From a virus (lineage: Duplodnaviria > Caudoviricetes), in the IMG/VR virus record IMGVR_UViG_3300031451_000011, positions 1-29,375 of that record: a stretch of 29,375 nucleotides of DNA, one strand, 5' to 3'. The translations under genes were made by a program, and so were the position numbers. The notes under the pieces are model-generated. The model was not told the DNA's origin, searched no databases, and worked only from the letters and a program-made list of their open reading frames with translations. Shown in pieces: positions 25,289 to 29,375 of this stretch (position 1 is its first letter; each line of letters begins with the position of its first letter).

Positions 25289-25522
25289 GGCGGCCTCAGA
25301 CGCCCACGGTGCGGGACGCCAGCGCGTGTCGGTGTAGTAGTCGAACTTGACGCTCCTCCCGTAGGGATCCTGGGGCAGATCGGCGAAGCGGTACGGCGTG
25401 ATCGGCGTCGCCTGCCCGCTCACGATGAAGCGGTCTAGGTAGTCGTGTGCGGCGTCCTGACGGGCCTTGGCGCGCTGCTGCGCCCGGATGTGCCAGGGTG
25501 GCGGCGTGTTGCAGGTACTCAT
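25286..25522 (-). CDS. Hypothetical protein
   Basis: ATG 25522 in ATGA overlap with GGAGG RBS. Confidence 0.6.
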   Translation of the reverse strand: MSTCNTPPPWHIRAQQRAKARQDAAHDYLDRFIVSGQATPITPYRFADLPQDPYGRSVKFDYYTDTRWRPAPWASEAA

Positions 25523-26130
25523 CGGTTCGCCTCCTGTTGCTTCACCTGCACGGCGGTCACGATCTCGCCGGGCGTCCAGTCCTTGATGGTCCTGCCGAGG
25601 AACGCGGCCACGGCGGCGCTGTCCGCGAAGCCCGCCTCGCGGAGCCACTTGCGCGCGGCGGTCCAGTCCATGTCGGGGCCGTCCTCGCTCGTTGCCCCTT
25701 CGCCGTCCTGCTCCTCTTTGCTCTCCCACATGTAGAGCGCGACCCCGAACCGCATCGCGGCGCGCTTCAGCGCATCCGAGGCGGCGGCTTTGACGGCGGT
25801 GCCGTAGTCGCCCACCATCTCGGCCACGCCGACCTCCTGGCGACTGCCGAGGGCGGGGATGGTGAGTTCCAGCGTGATCTCGACCCAGGTGATGTCCTTC
25901 AGGATCTTCTTCCCGGCGTCCTTGTCGTAGCGCATGATCGGGAAGGTGATCGTCTCGCGCCCCAGGATGCGCGAGGACCAGTCCAGTGCTTTCGCGTTGA
26001 GGCGTTTCGTCACCAGCCCCTGCGAGACATAGGGCATCTTCTGGCCGCCGCTATAGGCGGGCTTCATCTGCACGAGGCTATCGTCAAATCGCTCGGAGAG
26101 CTGCTCGATCAAGCGGGCTGGCTCGCTCAT
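25519..26130 (-). CDS. Rad52/Rad22-family single-strand annealing recombinase (Sak-like)
   Basis: Start at ATG 26130; PYVSQGLVTKRLN...W...KAAASDALKRAAMRFGVALYMW. Confidence 0.88.
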   Translation of the reverse strand: MSEPARLIEQLSERFDDSLVQMKPAYSGGQKMPYVSQGLVTKRLNAKALDWSSRILGRETITFPIMRYDKDAGKKILKDITWVEITLELTIPALGSRQEVGVAEMVGDYGTAVKAAASDALKRAAMRFGVALYMWESKEEQDGEGATSEDGPDMDWTAARKWLREAGFADSAAVAAFLGRTIKDWTPGEIVTAVQVKQQEANR

Positions 26131-26441
26131 CACCGACCCCCAAGCCCGAGGCACAACGTCAGCAGGAACGCGGCGACGCAGAGCGCCACGGCGAGCCGCC
26201 CGGTCCACTCGTGCCGCGACTCGCCCGTCAGGGCCAGCCACAGGCCGAGGAGCGCCAGGACGGGCAGCGCGGCCCACTCGGTCACGGCGACCCGCACCGC
26301 GCGCCGGCGGGCGTGTCCGGCGACGTGCTCCTGCCAGTCGTATTCCCGCTGCCACCCTCCCACCGGGAAGTATTCGCCGCACGTCGGGCACTGGTAGCAG
26401 CGGATCGCCGAGAACGGGGTGGGCTGTTTGGTCGTACTCAT
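26130..26441 (-). CDS. C2H2-like zinc finger fused to two TM helices
   Basis: Start at ATG 26441; YQCPTCGEYF...WQEHVAGH followed by two hydrophobic segments. Confidence 0.65.
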   Translation of the reverse strand: MSTTKQPTPFSAIRCYQCPTCGEYFPVGGWQREYDWQEHVAGHARRRAVRVAVTEWAALPVLALLGLWLALTGESRHEWTGRLAVALCVAAFLLTLCLGLGGR

Positions 26442-26713
26442 CACTCCACCACCATCGTCGCGTCGCCCCGTAACCATGCGAGGTCTGTAGTCGCCGCGAT
26501 GTCGGGCATGAAGCCCAGGAAGATCGCCTTGTGCGGGGCGGGATCGGTCGAGCGGTGGTACGTCAGGACGATGTGCCCCACGCTGTTGACCTGCAAGCAG
26601 ACCGAATCGAGGCCGTAGAATACCGTGGCGTTGATCCCCGCCTCATCCGCGAGTTGCGTGTGTATGTCCTTGCGGGGATCGCAGGATCGAAGCTGTGCTG
26701 TGATTGTGGTCAT
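26441..26713 (-). CDS. Hypothetical protein
   Basis: ATG 26713, ATGA overlap, GGAGG RBS. Confidence 0.6.
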   Translation of the reverse strand: MTTITAQLRSCDPRKDIHTQLADEAGINATVFYGLDSVCLQVNSVGHIVLTYHRSTDPAPHKAIFLGFMPDIAATTDLAWLRGDATMVVE

Positions 26714-26892
26714 CGGTCCCCCTCCTTCTGGCAGTCGGCACAGACGCCGCACGGCTCCTCCGTCACGTCGCCACACTCCTCGCACCACCACGTCAGATCG
26801 TCGTCGTTCGGGCCGTAGCTCTGCGCCTCGCGGTGCCACGCGGCGCCGTCGAGCTCGTCTTGGCACGCGTAGTAATCGGCGGTGTCCATCAC
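26710..26892 (-). CDS. Small acidic Cys-rich (zinc-binding) protein
   Basis: CEEC...CGVCADC. Confidence 0.6.
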   Translation of the reverse strand: MMDTADYYACQDELDGAAWHREAQSYGPNDDDLTWWCEECGDVTEEPCGVCADCQKEGDR

Positions 26893-27056
26893 GCCGCCAC
26901 CGCTTTCCCCGCGCGGCGGCGCTGCTCCGCTGCGATCATGGCGATGTCGCGCCGTTCGGTGGCGGTCAGCGGGCGAACCGCCGCCTCGCGCCGGATGCGC
27001 TCGGCCTGGTGCGCCAAAGTGGCGGGCATAAACGAGCGGATGTGGCGTTTGTTCAT
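26889..27056 (-). CDS. Small basic hypothetical protein
   Basis: ATG 27056 in ATGA overlap. Confidence 0.55.
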   Translation of the reverse strand: MNKRHIRSFMPATLAHQAERIRREAAVRPLTATERRDIAMIAAEQRRRAGKAVAA

Positions 27057-27385
27057 GCCGATCGTGCCCCTTCCCCGCTCGCCCGCGCCGCGTCTTGGGC
27101 GGCCACGGCGGCGCGCTCGTCGGCTTCCGTGTCGTAGAGGATCAGGATCGTGATGCGCCCCACGCTTTCGTCTATGGCGGCTTCGCGCAGTTCTTCGATG
27201 GCATCGTGCAAGCGATGCCTGTCGAGCAGTCCCGCCGCATCCTTCGCCATCGTGGTCAGGTAGTAGCGGCTGCCTTTCGGCATGGTGTCGTAGAAGCCGC
27301 GCACCAGATCGAGCGTGCGCTGTACCGCGCTCATGCCGCCACCTTCTCCCGCTTCGCCGTAGGCCGTCTCGATGATGCTGCTCAT
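27053..27385 (-). CDS. Hypothetical protein
   Basis: AAGGAG RBS. Confidence 0.6.
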   Translation of the reverse strand: MSSIIETAYGEAGEGGGMSAVQRTLDLVRGFYDTMPKGSRYYLTTMAKDAAGLLDRHRLHDAIEELREAAIDESVGRITILILYDTEADERAAVAAQDAARASGEGARSA

Positions 27386-27443
27386 TACGCTCTCCTTGTC
27401 GTCGGGGCACGGTGCGGGTGGGGTGCCGCTGCCGGGTGGGGGG

Positions 27444-28094
27444 TCAGGCTGCCGACTGATAGTTCAGATGGGCGAGCAGTTGCCGCCCGATAAACTCCGT
27501 GTAGTCAGGGGGGATCGCCTGGGCGAGTTCGGCTTTGGTCATCCAGTCGATCCCCATCGCCCGTTCCGCCGCCGCCTTGCTGCTGTTGAAGCCGCCCGTC
27601 ACGGTCAGGAAGCCGGGCCAATCGGGTTCCCATCGACGGTTCAGCACCTTCTCCCGGTGCGTCCCGTGCGGCGGCACCATCAGGAAGAAGGAGCACTCGA
27701 ACAGACGGTGCCGATAGACCTTCAGGCCGAACGCGGTGCCGCAGAGCATGATCGGCTCGACCATCTCCCGCCGCGCCCCCTCAACGTTCTCGATAACGTA
27801 GGGCTTGCCGGTCAGGCGCAGCGCCTGGCGCGTGGCCGGGATCAGGTAGCTGTGCTCGCCTTTGTAGAGCGAGCGTGTGATGCTGTAGCCCTGACAGGGC
27901 GGGCTGGCGGCGATGGCGTCGTACTCGTGGCCGTGTGCCGCTACGTAGGCCAGCGCATCGCCCTGGATGAAGGCGAACGGATAATTTTTCTGCGGCTCAA
28001 TGTCCACACCAGTCACGTCGAACCCCGCCCGGTGGTAGCCCATCGAGGCACCACCGGCTTTGCAGTAGAGATCGAGAAGTTCAGGCCGCGACAC
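27444..28094 (-). CDS. DNA cytosine-C5 methyltransferase (short phage type)
   Basis: LDLYCKAGG (motif I variant), SPPCQ (IV), ENV (VI), RHRLFE (VIII), QAIPP (X). Confidence 0.9.
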   Translation of the reverse strand: MSRPELLDLYCKAGGASMGYHRAGFDVTGVDIEPQKNYPFAFIQGDALAYVAAHGHEYDAIAASPPCQGYSITRSLYKGEHSYLIPATRQALRLTGKPYVIENVEGARREMVEPIMLCGTAFGLKVYRHRLFECSFFLMVPPHGTHREKVLNRRWEPDWPGFLTVTGGFNSSKAAAERAMGIDWMTKAELAQAIPPDYTEFIGRQLLAHLNYQSAA

Positions 28095-28509
28095 GACTCG
28101 CCCTCCTCCCTGCCGTCGTCAGCGCCGCCCGGTCGGCGAGCGTCAATCGCGCGGCCTGGTGCGCCAGCGTGTCCGGCGCGGACCACGGTCGCCCGCCGTC
28201 CTCCGGGTGGACGCCGCACTGGTGTTGCAGCCAGTCCGTCCCCATCCCGCCGTGGACGGTCAGCGTCTGATTCAGGCTCCGCACGGTCTGCGCGAGCGTC
28301 TGCCGGGTGACGGCGCGGAAGGCATTGATCGCGTCCCGCAACGCCAGGAGCTCCCGCGCGTGGATGTGGGTGGGGTTCTGGCGTGCCTTGCAGGTAGTAG
28401 GGCAGTCCCACACCCCGGTCATCAGGTCGATGTGGCAGCGGTGGGTCGTGCCGGGCTGACTGCCGGAGACACGGGGGACGTAGAGGGTGGTGCCTTCCAG
28501 GGTGATCAC
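28081..28509 (-). CDS. Hypothetical protein with SWIM-like zinc-binding N-domain
   Basis: GTG 28509 in GTGA overlap; SGSQPGTTH...WDCPTTC...HIHA. Confidence 0.6.
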   Translation of the reverse strand: MITLEGTTLYVPRVSGSQPGTTHRCHIDLMTGVWDCPTTCKARQNPTHIHARELLALRDAINAFRAVTRQTLAQTVRSLNQTLTVHGGMGTDWLQHQCGVHPEDGGRPWSAPDTLAHQAARLTLADRAALTTAGRRASRVAA

Positions 28510-28850
28510 TTCGTCCCCTCCTCGCCGAGTAGGTCGCGGCGGAGGTTGGCACGGTCGGCGTACTCGCCGCGATCGTTCTGTTTCACGAGTCGCCCTAACC
28601 AGCGGCGTGTCCCGTTGGTGACTGGATAGCCGTAGTATTCGAGGACTTCGGCAGCCCATACCGCATCGGGGGTGGCATCCGTGTTTATCCTTCGTCCCGG
28701 TAATTCGGCTAACAGCAGCGCGCCTAGAACGCAACAGTGATCGCTGTTCTTGAACACAGTAGGGACGAAACGATCGAATAGCGGCCCCTCAGCGACTGCC
28801 TTGCGCGCCTCCTCCGAGAAGAGGACCGCGCCGGGATGAATCTTTCCCAT
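28506..28850 (-). CDS. Hypothetical protein (CC-x2-GA...ND motif, DUF6197-like)
   Basis: AGGAG RBS; HCCVLGALL...KQND; family assignment tentative. Confidence 0.65.
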   Translation of the reverse strand: MGKIHPGAVLFSEEARKAVAEGPLFDRFVPTVFKNSDHCCVLGALLLAELPGRRINTDATPDAVWAAEVLEYYGYPVTNGTRRWLGRLVKQNDRGEYADRANLRRDLLGEEGTK

Positions 28851-28851
28851 C

Positions 28852-28860
28852 TGCTATACT
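28852..28860 (+). promoter_or_regulatory. Extended -10 promoter, antisense
   Basis: TGCTATACT (TGn-TATACT); no good -35. Confidence 0.5.
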
Positions 28861-28893
28861 CCTGTCAGTTCAGTAGGTCGGATCAGCCGATCA

Positions 28894-29070
28894 TCACGCC
28901 GTCATCTCTTCGCGGGAGGTGACGGTGTTTTTGTTGCGCCCGGCGATACAGGTGCGGCAGTAGCGCCTCCCGCTGATGCGGCAGGCGTGGGTCGTGCCGG
29001 GGGATGATCCCGATACTCGAGGAACGTACAGCGTGGTGCCGTCGAGGGCGATCATCGTCTGGTCGCTCAT
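28894..29070 (-). CDS. 58-aa truncated paralog of 28081-28509 (not in the ORF track)
   Basis: Own translation MSDQTMIALDGTTLYVPRVSGSSPGTTHACRISGRRYCRTC...; ATGA overlap with the upstream gene. Confidence 0.6.
   Translation of the reverse strand: MSDQTMIALDGTTLYVPRVSGSSPGTTHACRISGRRYCRTCIAGRNKNTVTSREEMTA
28897..28935 (+). terminator. Rho-independent terminator on the plus (antisense) strand
   Basis: CGCCGTCATCTC...GAGGTGACGGTG stem followed by TTTTTGTT. Confidence 0.7.
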
Positions 29071-29375
29071 AGAGTCACCTCGCGCCCAGCGAGGATCGCG
29101 AGCACCCGACGGCTAACCTCCCGTTGCATCTCGGCCCTGGTGGCGTCCCTGGTGGCGTCCCTGGTGGCGGCCCAGGTGGCGGCCCAGGTGGCGGCCCTGG
29201 TGGCGGCCCAGGTGGCGGCCCAGGTGGCGGCCCAGGTGGCGGCCCTGGTGGCGGCCCAGGTGGCGGCCCAGGTGGCGTCCCTGGTGGCGGCCCAGGTGGC
29301 GGCCCAGGTGGCGGCCCGAATACCTTCGAGGATCGGCAGGGCCGCCGCCGCATCCTCGACCGTCTCGAATCGCAG
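29067..29375 (-). CDS. (A/D)AT(W/R)-repeat protein, partial (start beyond the right edge)
   Basis: Frame LRFETVEDAAAALPILEGIR-(AATW/AATR/DATW/DATR)n-AEMQREVSRRVLAILAGREVTL*; has GC-ending codons and couples to the next ATG. Confidence 0.75.
   Translation of the reverse strand: MRFETVEDAAAALPILEGIRAATWAATWAATRDATWAATWAATRAATWAATWAATWAATRAATWAATWAATRDATRDATRAEMQREVSRRVLAILAGREVTL
29133..29317. repeat. 12-bp tandem repeat, 15 full units plus a partial unit
   Basis: Unit G(G/T)CCC(A/T)GGTGGC, varying at only two positions. Confidence 0.97.

Larger units (their letters stand above)
1..29375 (-). mobile_element. Tailed phage/prophage genome segment (HK97-like head, sipho-like tail), truncated at both window edges
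   Basis: Co-oriented, tightly coupled genes (many ATGA/TGATG overlaps) in the order replication-packaging-head-neck-tail; no att site or integrase in the window. Confidence 0.97.

Noticed and set aside
4782-28734. Extended N-termini in the ORF track (5474, 9717, 16105, 16725, 19689, 21844, 22347, 26391, 28734)
   Set aside because: They overlap upstream genes extensively; internal starts with RBS or stop-start coupling fit better
29133-29317. CRISPR array or DGR template/variable repeat
   Set aside because: Contiguous 12-bp units with no spacers; no cas or reverse transcriptase gene and no TR/VR pair in the window
29075-29353. PPPG-repeat ORF in the track (collagen/Pro-rich look)
   Set aside because: Wrong frame; the AATW/DATR frame has typical codon usage, is open from the window edge and couples to the next gene

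Overview
The window is about 29 kb of a high-GC tailed phage or prophage with an HK97-type head and a probable non-contractile (sipho-like) tail. All credible genes are on the minus strand, and the long plus-strand ORFs are antisense shadows. Reading in transcription direction (right to left), the early region holds many small accessory and zinc-finger genes, a C5 DNA methyltransferase and a Rad52/Rad22-family recombinase. The replication region follows: an initiator with an embedded HNH domain, a helicase loader/inhibitor-like gene, an N6/N4 methyltransferase and a VRR-NUC nuclease. Next come a Com-like zinc finger, a promoter with a leader terminator and a cos-like site. The late genes are HNH, TerS, TerL, portal, protease, capsid, neck, tail tube, chaperone, tape measure, Dit/hub-like, Asp-box propeller and fibre genes. 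No integrase, repressor, lysis genes, tRNA or CRISPR are visible. The most notable unexplained structure is at 23972-24203, directly upstream of the replication genes. A near-consensus promoter drives a leader whose first 19 nt are perfectly complementary to the loop of a 15-bp hairpin about 120 nt downstream, followed by a hairpin-sequestered RBS. This resembles P4 CI / P1 c4 antisense immunity switches in architecture. Other candidates are a pR'/tR'-like late switch beside a Com-like protein, two probable ATC start codons, repeat-flanked gene cassettes, an antisense sRNA, and a micro-ORF resembling the tape-measure C-terminus. All family calls are from motif recognition by eye; no database search was run.
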